Below are positions 41,592 to 50,281 of a stretch of 64,000 nt of DNA, piece by piece. Made by a program: the position numbers and the translations under genes. The first letter of the stretch is position 1; the number at the start of each line of letters is the position of its first letter. The notes below the pieces were generated by a model. That model was given only the letters and a program-made list of their open reading frames with translations. It ran no database searches and was not told the DNA's origin. The DNA is from Myxococcota bacterium (lineage in GTDB: Bacteria; Myxococcota_A; UBA9160; JAFDDA01): the NCBI GenBank assembly GCA_965228475.1, contig OZ245817.1:1792001-1856000 (forward strand), written 5' to 3'.

Positions 41592-41640
41592 AATCCGAAT
41601 GAAGATTCGGATTCTACGACGACGCAAAAACCCGCGTCAA
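41592..41640 (-). promoter_or_regulatory. sigma70 promoter with an overlapping perfect palindromic operator (probable site of the TetR at 39919-40602)
   Basis: TTGACG (41640-41635), 18 nt, TAGAAT (41616-41611); AATCCGAAT-GAAG-ATTCGGATT at 41592-41613. Confidence 0.85.
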
Positions 41641-41682
41641 GCCGACGGGCGGCCGATGGGATCTTTCCGCCCGCTTCCGCGA

Positions 41683-42129
41683 CTAGCGCGGTTCGCAGAC
41701 GAAGATCGGGATGTCGCGGTCCGTTCGCGCCCGGTAGTCGGCGTAGGGAGCGTAGTACTGGTCGCAGACCGGCCACATCGCCGGCTTCTCCTCGGCGTTC
41801 GCCAGGCGAGCCCGCAGCGCCATCTTCTTGCCCCGGTAGTTCACCGAGATGTCCGGCTGCTTGACGAGGTTGCGGTACCAGACCGGGTTCTTCGGCGCGC
41901 CGCCCTGGGACGCCACGAGCAGGACGCCCTCCTGCCACGGCACGTACATCAGCGGAATCGTGATCGTCTTCCCGCTCTTGGCGCCCGTCATGGTGACGAA
42001 CACGACGTCGTCCTTGCCGAGCTTGTTGAAGGCGCGGCCGCCGGTCAGCTTGTGGAGGAAGACGTGGGTCTTCGTCATGGCCTTGATCGCCCAACGCGGC
42101 GGGGCCTTGCCCTTGGATTCGTCGCTCAT
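41683..42129 (-). CDS. Deazaflavin (F420)-dependent nitroreductase/quinone reductase family protein (Ddn-like)
   Basis: TGAKSGK, LVASQGG.PKNPVWYRNL, YADY..RTDRDIP. Confidence 0.9.
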   Translation of the reverse strand: MSDESKGKAPPRWAIKAMTKTHVFLHKLTGGRAFNKLGKDDVVFVTMTGAKSGKTITIPLMYVPWQEGVLLVASQGGAPKNPVWYRNLVKQPDISVNYRGKKMALRARLANAEEKPAMWPVCDQYYAPYADYRARTDRDIPIFVCEPR

Positions 42130-42242
42130 CCTCGACTCCTTCTCCGCTCGACCCGGCGCCGGGCACGGGCGAACATGGCGCGCTCGGGCGAGCCTACTCC
42201 CGCCCGGGGGAGTTTGGCTAGCCGGGAGTGCGCGGAGGAGCG

Positions 42243-42767
42243 ATGTCGGTCGAGGAGCGGAAGAGGGCGTTCATCGAGACGCTCGTGGCGCAGCTGCAGG
42301 AACGGATCCAGGGGGCCCACCAGGCCGAGTCCCGGGCCTCCGAGGACGCCGAGGCGATCGGCTCCGAAGCCCGTCGCCGGGAGGATGCCAAGGAGGCCGG
42401 CCTCCAGGCGCGCCTCGCCGTCGGTCACCGCGAGCGCCGGGAGCAGGCCGTCGATGACCTCACGGCGCTGCTCGAGTTCTCGAAGCGTTCGCTGCGAGCC
42501 TTCGGCCGGCGCGACGCGGTGGGTCTCGGCGCACTGCTCGACGTGGCGGTCGAGTCGCCGGAGGGCGAGGAGGAGGAGCGCAGCCTGTTCCTCCTGCCCG
42601 TGGGTGCCGGGGCGGAGCTCTCCGGGCCGGGCGGCGACGGCTTCGTGACGGTGGCGACGCCCGCGTCGCCGATCGGCCGGGCCCTGCTCGGCGCGCGCGT
42701 GGACGACACCGTCGAGGTCGTGGTCGCGGGCCGCTCGTCCGAGTGGACCGTGCTCGACCTCTGCTAG
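42243..42767 (+). CDS. GreA/GreB-family paralog
   Basis: N-terminal coiled coil; C-terminal VGLGALL...TPASPIGRALLG...D.VEV; GGAGG RBS. Confidence 0.8.
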   Translation: MSVEERKRAFIETLVAQLQERIQGAHQAESRASEDAEAIGSEARRREDAKEAGLQARLAVGHRERREQAVDDLTALLEFSKRSLRAFGRRDAVGLGALLDVAVESPEGEEEERSLFLLPVGAGAELSGPGGDGFVTVATPASPIGRALLGARVDDTVEVVVAGRSSEWTVLDLC

Positions 42768-42908
42768 CGCGGCTGCGGGCCGGAGTCGTCGCCCGGCATT
42801 TTGCTTCAGCTTTGCCCTCTCTCGGCCTATAGTCGTGCGGCGGGTGGATCCTCATGGCTCCCGGCGGTGCGCGGGCGCAGCGTCCGGGGTCGCCTGGCTT
42901 GGAGGCCG

Positions 42909-44411
42909 ATGCCCCGCGGTTCCCGTCGAGATCTGCGCTTCGTGGTGATCGGTGCCGGCATGGCCGGCATCGCCAGCGCGATTCGCCTGCGGGAAGCCGG
43001 CTTCGAGGACGTCACGCTCTACGAGAAGGCCGAGAAGCTCGGCGGAACCTGGCGGGAGAACACCTACCCGGGCATCGCCTGCGACGTCCCCTCCCACTTC
43101 TACAGCTACTCTTTCGCGCCGAACCCGGACTGGAGCCATCGCTTCTCGGCGGGCGGCGAGATCCAGGCGTACTTCGAGGGCGTGGCCGAGCGTTTCGGGG
43201 TGATCCCGAGCATCCGCTTCGGCATCGAGGTCACGCGCTGCGCGTTCGAATCGGGGCGTTGGCAGATCGAACTCTCGAACGGGGAGCGCGACGCGGCGGA
43301 TTTCGTGATCGCCGCGACGGGCGTCCTCCACCACCCGAAGATGCCGGACCTCCCCGGTCTCGACGCGTTCGAAGGCGCCGCGTTCCACAGCGCTCGCTGG
43401 GACCACGACACCCCGATCGAGGGGAAGCGCGTCGGCGTGGTCGGAACCGGATCGAGCGCGATCCAGATCGTCGGTGCGCTCGTCGACGAGGTGGCGGAGC
43501 TCGTGCTCTTCCAGCGGACGGCCCAGTGGATCACGCCGGTCGAGAACCCGGCCTACAGTGACGCCGACCGGGCGACCTTCCGCGAGCAGCCCGAGGTCAT
43601 GGGGAAGATCCGCGCTGAAGTCGCCCGGGGCTTCCTCGAGAACTTCGCCAACGTCCTGGTCGACGCCGAGTCCCCGATGCTCGACGTGATCCAGAACGCG
43701 TGCCTCACGAACCTCGAGAACAGCGTGCGGGACCCCGAGCTGCGCGAGCGCCTCCGCCCGGACTACCGCGCGACGTGCAAGCGGCTCGTCCTCTCGGCGG
43801 ACTTCTACGACGCGATCCAGAAACCGAACGCGCGCCTCGTCGACGAGGGCATCGAGCGGGTCGAACCGAGGGGCGTCCGGACGCGCGACGGCGTCCTCCA
43901 CGAGCTCGACGTGCTCGTCCTGGCGACGGGGTTCCAGGTGGACGCCTTCGTGCGGCCGATGCGCGTCCTCGGCCGGGGCGGCGTCGACCTCGACGAAGTC
44001 TGGGCCGACGGGCCGAGCGCCTACCTGGCCGTCTCCGTCCCCGGCTTCCCGAACTTCTTCCTGCTGAACGGCCCGAACGCGCCGGTTGGAAACTTCTCCC
44101 TGATCGAGGTCGTGGAGCTGCAGCTCGACTACATCCTCCAGGTCGCCGAGCGGGTGCGGGACGGCGTGGCCCGGGAGCTGTGCGCCTCCCGCGGCGCTCT
44201 CGAGCGCTTCGACGCCGAGCGCCGGGAGGCCGCCAAGAAGACCATCTGGGCCACGGGCTGCCGGAGCTGGTACCTCGGCCCGGACGGGCTGCCGACGGCC
44301 TGGCCCTTCACCTTCGACCGCTTCCGCGACGAGATGCGCGCCCCGCGGTTCGAGGACTTCGCCACCGAGGACGACCGGGACGACGCCCCGGGATCGGAAA
44401 GCAGGACGTGA
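42909..44411 (+). CDS. Flavin-containing Baeyer-Villiger-type monooxygenase
   Basis: GAGMAG, GGTWRENTYPG..CD, FEGAAFHSARWD (FxGxxxHxxxWD), GTGSSA, ATGF. Confidence 0.95.
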   Translation: MPRGSRRDLRFVVIGAGMAGIASAIRLREAGFEDVTLYEKAEKLGGTWRENTYPGIACDVPSHFYSYSFAPNPDWSHRFSAGGEIQAYFEGVAERFGVIPSIRFGIEVTRCAFESGRWQIELSNGERDAADFVIAATGVLHHPKMPDLPGLDAFEGAAFHSARWDHDTPIEGKRVGVVGTGSSAIQIVGALVDEVAELVLFQRTAQWITPVENPAYSDADRATFREQPEVMGKIRAEVARGFLENFANVLVDAESPMLDVIQNACLTNLENSVRDPELRERLRPDYRATCKRLVLSADFYDAIQKPNARLVDEGIERVEPRGVRTRDGVLHELDVLVLATGFQVDAFVRPMRVLGRGGVDLDEVWADGPSAYLAVSVPGFPNFFLLNGPNAPVGNFSLIEVVELQLDYILQVAERVRDGVARELCASRGALERFDAERREAAKKTIWATGCRSWYLGPDGLPTAWPFTFDRFRDEMRAPRFEDFATEDDRDDAPGSESRT

Positions 44412-45205
44412 ACGAGGAACACTGTCGGGTCGAGCGCGAGGGCCACGTGTTGATCGTGACCCTGAATCGGCCCGAAGCGAAGAACGCCCTCTCGGGCGGG
44501 ATGCTCGCCGGGATGTACCGCGCCTGGCGCCAGCTCGACGAGGACGACGACCTGCGCGTCGCGATCCTGACCGGCCGCGGCGACGTCTTCTGCGCCGGCG
44601 CCGACCTGAAGGCGATGGGAGGCGGCGAGCGCGACGAGGCGTTCCAGGCGCTGATGGCCGAGGTGCCGGACCTGCATTGGCAGGCGCTCCTGCGACACAA
44701 CCGTCCGGGCAAACCGATCATCGCGGCGGTCGAGGGCTACGCCGTCGCGGGGGGGACGGAGATCCTGCAGGGCACGGACATTCGCGTCGCCGCCGAGGAC
44801 GCGATCTTCGGTGTGACGGAAGCCCGCCGCGGCCTCTTCCCGCTTGGCGGCTCGAGCGTTCGCCTGCGGCGCCAGATTCCCTACACGCTCGCCGCCGAGA
44901 TCCTGCTCACCGGGCGCCACGTCACCGCGAAGGAAGCGCTCGATTTCGGCCTGATCGGCCGCGTCGTGCCGAAGGGCGAGGCGCTCGCCGAGGCGAAGAA
45001 GGTCGCCGAACAGATCTGCGAGAACGGGCCGCTCGCCGTGAAGGCCCTGGTGCGGATGCTGCGCGAGGTCGACGAAAGCATCAGCGAGGCCGACGCGCTG
45101 GCCAGGGAAATCGAGATCGGCGGGCCGGTCTTCGCGTCGAAGGACGCGCGCGAGGGTCCGCGCGCCTTCGCAGAGAAGCGCAAGCCCGTGTTCCGGGGCG
45201 AGTAG
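44408..45205 (+). CDS. Crotonase/enoyl-CoA hydratase family protein
   Basis: NRPEAKNAL, FCAGADL, AVAGGTEILQGTDIR, FGVTE; GTGA overlap with the monooxygenase stop. Confidence 0.94.
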   Translation: MNEEHCRVEREGHVLIVTLNRPEAKNALSGGMLAGMYRAWRQLDEDDDLRVAILTGRGDVFCAGADLKAMGGGERDEAFQALMAEVPDLHWQALLRHNRPGKPIIAAVEGYAVAGGTEILQGTDIRVAAEDAIFGVTEARRGLFPLGGSSVRLRRQIPYTLAAEILLTGRHVTAKEALDFGLIGRVVPKGEALAEAKKVAEQICENGPLAVKALVRMLREVDESISEADALAREIEIGGPVFASKDAREGPRAFAEKRKPVFRGE

Positions 45206-45452
45206 CGGATGTCAGGGTCGGAGCGGAAGGACCTTCGCCGAGGGGCGGGAGTCCCCCCGAGGCCCGGGCGTTCGGCGGAATCCGGCGCCGCGGAGCCGCG
45301 GCGCCGTGCCGGCCCGCTCGGAGCGGGTGCGGGCCCACTGTCCGCGCGGGGCCGGGGCCTCCGCCGGGGCGGGGGACGAGCGCACGTCGGCCCAACGCGA
45401 AGAGAGGCGGGCGGCCATGGAACGAAGTGCGGACAAGGGTTCCCCTTCCTGA

Positions 45453-45468
45453 CGGCACGACGTGTGCA
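45453..45468 (+). promoter_or_regulatory. Putative sigma54 (-24/-12) promoter
   Basis: CGGCACG-ACGT-GTGCA: GG at 45454-55, 10 nt, GC at 45466-67; lies in a 500-bp intergenic region. Confidence 0.55.
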
Positions 45469-45704
45469 ATCAACGTTCCCGAAGGAAAAGGAAGCTCCTG
45501 GGCGCATCCCCGGGGGAATCGGCCCGGGCGTGGAAAGAGTTTGCCCTCGGGACGGAAAACCCGGTGCCATCGGCGGGTCGGCCCCGGCCCGGCGTAGGCC
45601 CGAGCCACGGCGGGCGGTGTTCGCCGCCGGATGCTAACCCCACGCCGCCGGAACCCTTGTCGCCGACGCAAATGCCGCCGGCACCCATGATTCGGAGATC
45701 CACC

Positions 45705-47417
45705 ATGCCCCGCCGCCCGCTCCACGTTCGCCAGCTCCTGGCTCCCGCCCTGTTCGCCCTGGCCTCGGCCGGCGCCGTCTGCCAGCCGGCTCCGCCCCAG
45801 CTCGACCGGGAGTTCACCTTCAACGGCGGCTTCGAAACCGGGGACCTCTCGAACTGGACCGTCACCGGCTCCTGCGAGGTGCACGACGCGACCTCGCCCT
45901 GGGCGGACCCGGCCGTCGGCAACTACTTCCTCTACGGCGGCGACGACGCCAACGCCTCGACCTGCACGGTGACCCAGGAGGTGATCCTCCCGAACAAGGG
46001 CCTCGGCTCGGACTACCTCGCGGCGAACCCGCTGCTGGTCGATGCGAGCGCCTACCTGCGCGACTTCAGCGGGCCGACCAGCTACGACGACCAGTCCTTC
46101 CTGCGCGTGCGGTACCTGAACGCCCTCGGCCAGGAAGTCTCGAGCATCCGGACCCTGATCGGCGGCAACAACTCCTGGGGGCAGGAGTTCGCAATGGGCC
46201 TGCTGCCGCCCGAGACCTACAAGCTCAGCATCGAGGTCGAGGCCCGCTTCCGGGCCGGCGCCGACAACGACGCCATGGCCGACGAGGTCAGCACGATGGT
46301 CCGCGCGGCGACGCCGGCCATCCCCACGCTGACCAAGCCGCCGCTGCTCCAGGACTTCCGTCAGGATGCGATGACCGTGCTCTGGGAGACCAACGGCAAC
46401 CTCGAGCGGCCGGCCATCGAGTGGGGTCCGGCCGGCGGAGCGCTCTCGAACGTCCTCTCGAAGGTCGAGAGCACCGAAGTCACGCCGAGCCACTACGTCC
46501 ACAAGGCGACGATCACCGGGCTCACCGCCGAGACCGAGTACGACTACCGCGTGCGCATGGGCACCCAGACCTACACGACCTATCGCTTCCGGACGGCGCC
46601 GCTCGCGACGAGCCCGTATCGCGTCGCCTGGACGTCGGACAACCAGAACGGGCCCGGCACCTTCACGAACGTGGTCGGCCTGATGGCGTCGCGAAACCCC
46701 GACCTCTACATCAGCCCCGGCGACATCGTCCAGAACGGGGACACCCTCTCGGAGTGGGGGAACTACTGGTGGACGCCGCTCTCGAACGCGGACTTCGGCC
46801 AGACGACGCCGGTCCTCTTCGCGCGCGGGAACCACGACGGCGAACACGCCTACTCCTACGCCTACAGCGCCCTGCCGGAGAACGAGTCCTTCTACTCCTT
46901 CACCTACGGCAACGCCTTCATCGTGGTGCTCGACACGGAGGCGTCGCCCGGCTCGACGAGCCCGGAGCAGGACCAGGAGGCCTACCTCCAGGCCGCCCTC
47001 GGTTCTCCGGAGGCCGCGGCCGCCGAGTTCCGGATCGTGACCTTCCACAAGCCGCCCTACACGAACCTGTGGGACGCGACGAACATCCTCTTCTGCATCT
47101 TCGGAGGGTCGGGCTACACGGGCGAGACCTCGGTGCGGACGAACTGGGTGCCGCTGTTCGAATTCTTCGACGTGGACCTGGTCGTCTCGGGCCACACCCA
47201 CTCCTACCAGCACGGAGAACAGAACGGCGTGCACTACGTGCTCGTGGGCGGGGCAGGGGGGTCCCTCGACACCTTCTGCGGTGGGGACTGGCCGCTCTTC
47301 GACTTCGAGGCGAGCTCGCACGGCTACAGCATGATGGACGTGAACGGCACGAACCTGACGTGGACGTCCTACGACGACAACGACGTCACGATCCACAGCT
47401 TCTCGATCAACCACTAG
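45705..47417 (+). CDS. Secreted metallophosphoesterase (purple acid phosphatase-like) with N-terminal CBM-like and FN3-like domains
   Basis: Signal peptide; NGGFETGDLSNW; YVHKATITGL..ETEYDY; SD, GDIV, GNHD, FHKP and SGHTH motifs. Confidence 0.88.
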   Translation: MPRRPLHVRQLLAPALFALASAGAVCQPAPPQLDREFTFNGGFETGDLSNWTVTGSCEVHDATSPWADPAVGNYFLYGGDDANASTCTVTQEVILPNKGLGSDYLAANPLLVDASAYLRDFSGPTSYDDQSFLRVRYLNALGQEVSSIRTLIGGNNSWGQEFAMGLLPPETYKLSIEVEARFRAGADNDAMADEVSTMVRAATPAIPTLTKPPLLQDFRQDAMTVLWETNGNLERPAIEWGPAGGALSNVLSKVESTEVTPSHYVHKATITGLTAETEYDYRVRMGTQTYTTYRFRTAPLATSPYRVAWTSDNQNGPGTFTNVVGLMASRNPDLYISPGDIVQNGDTLSEWGNYWWTPLSNADFGQTTPVLFARGNHDGEHAYSYAYSALPENESFYSFTYGNAFIVVLDTEASPGSTSPEQDQEAYLQAALGSPEAAAAEFRIVTFHKPPYTNLWDATNILFCIFGGSGYTGETSVRTNWVPLFEFFDVDLVVSGHTHSYQHGEQNGVHYVLVGGAGGSLDTFCGGDWPLFDFEASSHGYSMMDVNGTNLTWTSYDDNDVTIHSFSINH

Positions 47418-47450
47418 GCGTCGAGCGCCGCGGCCGGATTCGCTCGCGAG

Positions 47451-47735
47451 CTAGGGGCGGACGCGTCCGAAGCGCGAGAAGACCTCGAGCAGCTCCTTCA
47501 TCTTCTTCTTGCGCTCCGCCGGCCGCCCGCTCTCGACGGCGCCGGTGACGCAGGTGTCGACGTGGGATTCGAGCACGAGGTGGCCGACGCGGTCGAGGGC
47601 GGCCTCGGCCGCGGCGATCTGGTGGAGCACGTCCACGCAGTAGCGGTCTTCGTCGACCATGCGGCGGATGCCTTCGACCTGGCCTGCGATGCGCGAAAGG
47701 CGCGTCTGGACCTGCTTGCGAACCTTCGGCTTCAC
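47451..47735 (-). CDS. csoR: CsoR/RcnR-family metal-sensing repressor
   Basis: RLSRIAGQVEGIRRMVDEDRYCVDVLHQI...HVDTC (Cys-His-Cys); AGGAG RBS before the GTG at 47735. Confidence 0.88.
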   Translation of the reverse strand: MKPKVRKQVQTRLSRIAGQVEGIRRMVDEDRYCVDVLHQIAAAEAALDRVGHLVLESHVDTCVTGAVESGRPAERKKKMKELLEVFSRFGRVRP

Positions 47736-47946
47736 CGGACTTCTCCTGGGTTCGGGCCGCACCCGGCGGCCGACGAACCATACACGACGAAGGCCATCCC
47801 GATGCTGGGCGATGGGGCTGGCGCGGGATCGTACGCCGGACTTGCGGCGGGCGGGCCCGGGGCTCGCTATCCCCAGGCTGCGGCGGCGCGGGGGTTCTCG
47901 AACTCCGAGCTCTCGAACCGGCCGCGCAGGGAGGCTCGGGGCCGCG

Positions 47947-50214
47947 ATGGGCGAAGGATCGGTCGGGGACGGGCAGGGGGAGGCGCCGGGGGCGAAGCGG
48001 CGAGCCGCCCTCGGCTTCGTGGCCGTCCTCGTGGTCATCGTCGGGCTGGCCGGGGTGCTGCGGGGGGCCTCCTCCGTCGCCGTCGTCCAGCCGGACCGCG
48101 TCGAACTCACCGGCCCCGGCGACCCCTACTACCACCTGCGCCGCGTGGTCTACGCAGCGGTGAATTTCCCCGAGTCGCTCTCGGTGGACCCGTATCTCAA
48201 CTTTCCGACCGGCGGCGCCGTGGTCTGGCCGGCGACCTTCGATTCCGGGGTGGCCGCGGTCGCCCGCGTGCTCGCGGGGTCGGACGTCGCGGCGATCGAG
48301 CGCGTCGCGGTCTGGGCGCCGGCCGTCCTCGGAGCCATCGCGGCGGGGCTCGCCGCCGTCGTTGCGGGCGTCTACTTCGGGGGCACCGCCGGCACCGTCG
48401 CGGGCTTGCTGGTGGCCCTGCTGCCCGTCCACCTGATGAGTTCCCAGGTCGGGCAGCTCGACCACCACGTGGCGGTGAACGGGTTCACGCTCGCCCTGCT
48501 GGCCGCGGGGCTGTCCTTCGTCGGCGGCGGGGCGGCGCTCGGGCGGAGTATCGCGCTCGGCGTGGCCTTCGCCGGCGGCCTGCTGCTCTGGCCGGGGGCG
48601 CTCGTCCACGTCGGGTTGCTCCAGGGAATCCTCGGCGTGTGGGTCCTCGGTGCCGCGACGTGCGAGGAGGCCCGGCGGCGCGCGCACGGCCTGGCGATCG
48701 CCCACGTCGTGGCGGGGGTGGTGCTCGCCCCGTTCTGCCTGGGGCGGGTGTGGCCGGAGTTCGGCGCCTGGTCGCCCTTCGTACTGTCGAACGTGCAGCC
48801 GATCTGGTTCGCGAGCGGCGCCGTCGCCCTGCTCGTGGCCGCCGAGCTGTGGCGCCGCACCCCGCTTGGCGAAGGCCCCCTCTCTCGGGCCGGGTCGGCC
48901 TTCGCGCTCGTCGCCGCGGGGATCGGCGTCGCGCTCCTGGCCCAGCCGGCGCTTCGCGAAGCGCTGCTCGAGGGGGCGGGCTGGTTCGGCAAGGCCGAAG
49001 ATTTCCAGACCCACGTGGCGGAGCTGGCCCCGCTCTCGCCGCAAACGGCGCTGCTCGACTACACCCCGCTGCTCCTCGCGTTCCCGCTCGTGTGGGCCTG
49101 GCTGTGGAAGCGCGAGGAGGCGGCACCGCTTCGGGTGCTGCTCGCCTTTGCGGGCGCTTTCTTCGTGCTGGCTTGCGTCCAGCAGCGCTTCGGCAACAGC
49201 TTCTCGGTTCTCCTGGCCGTCGTCTCGGGGGTCGCGGCCCAGGCGCTCTGGCGATCGTGGCGCCGCGATGCCTCCGGCAACCGCTCGCTCGTGGCGTTCG
49301 GGCTGTTGCTCGCGCTGGCGACCACCGCGGCGCTCGGCCGGTTCCATCTCCAACGCTTCGCCGAGGTCGGCGCGGCTCGAGCGGACCCGATCCTCGCGCG
49401 GCGCGGCCCGCTCCCGGAGCGGTTCCACGCCGTCTCGCGTGCTGCGGACTGGCTCGGCGATCACTCGCCCGAAACCTCCGGGTGGCTCGATGCACGCCAG
49501 CGGCCCGAGTACGGCGTGCTCTCGGCGTGGGATGCGGGGCACCTCGTTCGCTACCGCGCCCGCCGCCCCATGCTCCAGGACAACTTCGGCGTCTACGGGG
49601 GCCGCGAGAACTACGAAGCGGCCTGGCGCTTCTACGCATCCGAGGACGAGGCCACCGGCGTCGCGCTGCTCGCCGCGCGCGACATCCGCTACGTCCTGGC
49701 CGACGAAGCGGGCGCCGGGACGCCGGTGCCCTACGCGCCGACGTCGATCGCCATGCGCATGGCCCGGGCGCTCGGGAGCGAAACCGTCCTGGCCGGCGCC
49801 GATGGCGCGCGCGTCACCGTCGAAGCGCTGCGCCACCATCGACTGGTCCACTACGCACGCTCCGGTGCCGGGCAGGAGCTGCCGGCGCGGCTTCCCGAGG
49901 CGGCCGTCGGCGTGTGGGAACGCGTGGCCGGCGCGCGCGTCGAGGGATCCGCCGCTCCGGGAGCCGCGGTCGAAGCGGTCCTCCCGCTCGAGATCGGCGG
50001 TGCCCGAACGCGTTACCGGCAGACCGCCCGCGCCGATGCCCGGGGCCGCTACACGCTGGTGCTTCCCTACGCAACCGAGGCGGCGGCCCCGGGGCGAGGG
50101 GGCGTGCGCGTGGGGCGAGCCTACGTCCTGCGGGCCGCGAGCGGCCGGGCGCGACTCGTCGTGCCGGAAGCGGCGGTCCAGGAGGGAAGGGCCTTGGAGG
50201 GTCCTACCCTCTAG
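47947..50214 (+). CDS. STT3/AglB-like oligosaccharyltransferase
   Basis: Many TM helices; DPYYHLRR, DPYLNFPTG, GQLDHHVA, HVAELAPL, QQRF, YGVLSAWDAGH; C-terminal beta domain GRYTLVLPYAT. Confidence 0.85.
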   Translation: MGEGSVGDGQGEAPGAKRRAALGFVAVLVVIVGLAGVLRGASSVAVVQPDRVELTGPGDPYYHLRRVVYAAVNFPESLSVDPYLNFPTGGAVVWPATFDSGVAAVARVLAGSDVAAIERVAVWAPAVLGAIAAGLAAVVAGVYFGGTAGTVAGLLVALLPVHLMSSQVGQLDHHVAVNGFTLALLAAGLSFVGGGAALGRSIALGVAFAGGLLLWPGALVHVGLLQGILGVWVLGAATCEEARRRAHGLAIAHVVAGVVLAPFCLGRVWPEFGAWSPFVLSNVQPIWFASGAVALLVAAELWRRTPLGEGPLSRAGSAFALVAAGIGVALLAQPALREALLEGAGWFGKAEDFQTHVAELAPLSPQTALLDYTPLLLAFPLVWAWLWKREEAAPLRVLLAFAGAFFVLACVQQRFGNSFSVLLAVVSGVAAQALWRSWRRDASGNRSLVAFGLLLALATTAALGRFHLQRFAEVGAARADPILARRGPLPERFHAVSRAADWLGDHSPETSGWLDARQRPEYGVLSAWDAGHLVRYRARRPMLQDNFGVYGGRENYEAAWRFYASEDEATGVALLAARDIRYVLADEAGAGTPVPYAPTSIAMRMARALGSETVLAGADGARVTVEALRHHRLVHYARSGAGQELPARLPEAAVGVWERVAGARVEGSAAPGAAVEAVLPLEIGGARTRYRQTARADARGRYTLVLPYATEAAAPGRGGVRVGRAYVLRAASGRARLVVPEAAVQEGRALEGPTL

Positions 50215-50281
50215 GGGGCCTCCAGAGGGCTCGGCGGGGCCCGGGCTGCCACAACGGGCGGCGGGCAACCACTGACCGGGT

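Noticed and set aside
35603..42166. Several ORFs over 1000 aa (35603-38737, 35785-39087, 38906-42166)
   Set aside because: Arg/Pro-rich off-frame or antisense readings. Only the 3' part of 38906-42166 (aldo/keto reductase from the GTG at 39922) is a real gene.
45480..45660. Partial resemblance to a c-di-AMP (ydaO) riboswitch (GTAGG-CCCGAGCC...GCTAACCCC)
   Set aside because: The 5' conserved elements and spacing do not fit by eye; it would need an Rfam covariance hit.
46000..47417. Calling the metallophosphoesterase a true purple acid phosphatase
   Set aside because: The chromophoric Tyr of GDxxY is absent (GDIVQ), so only the broader family is supported.
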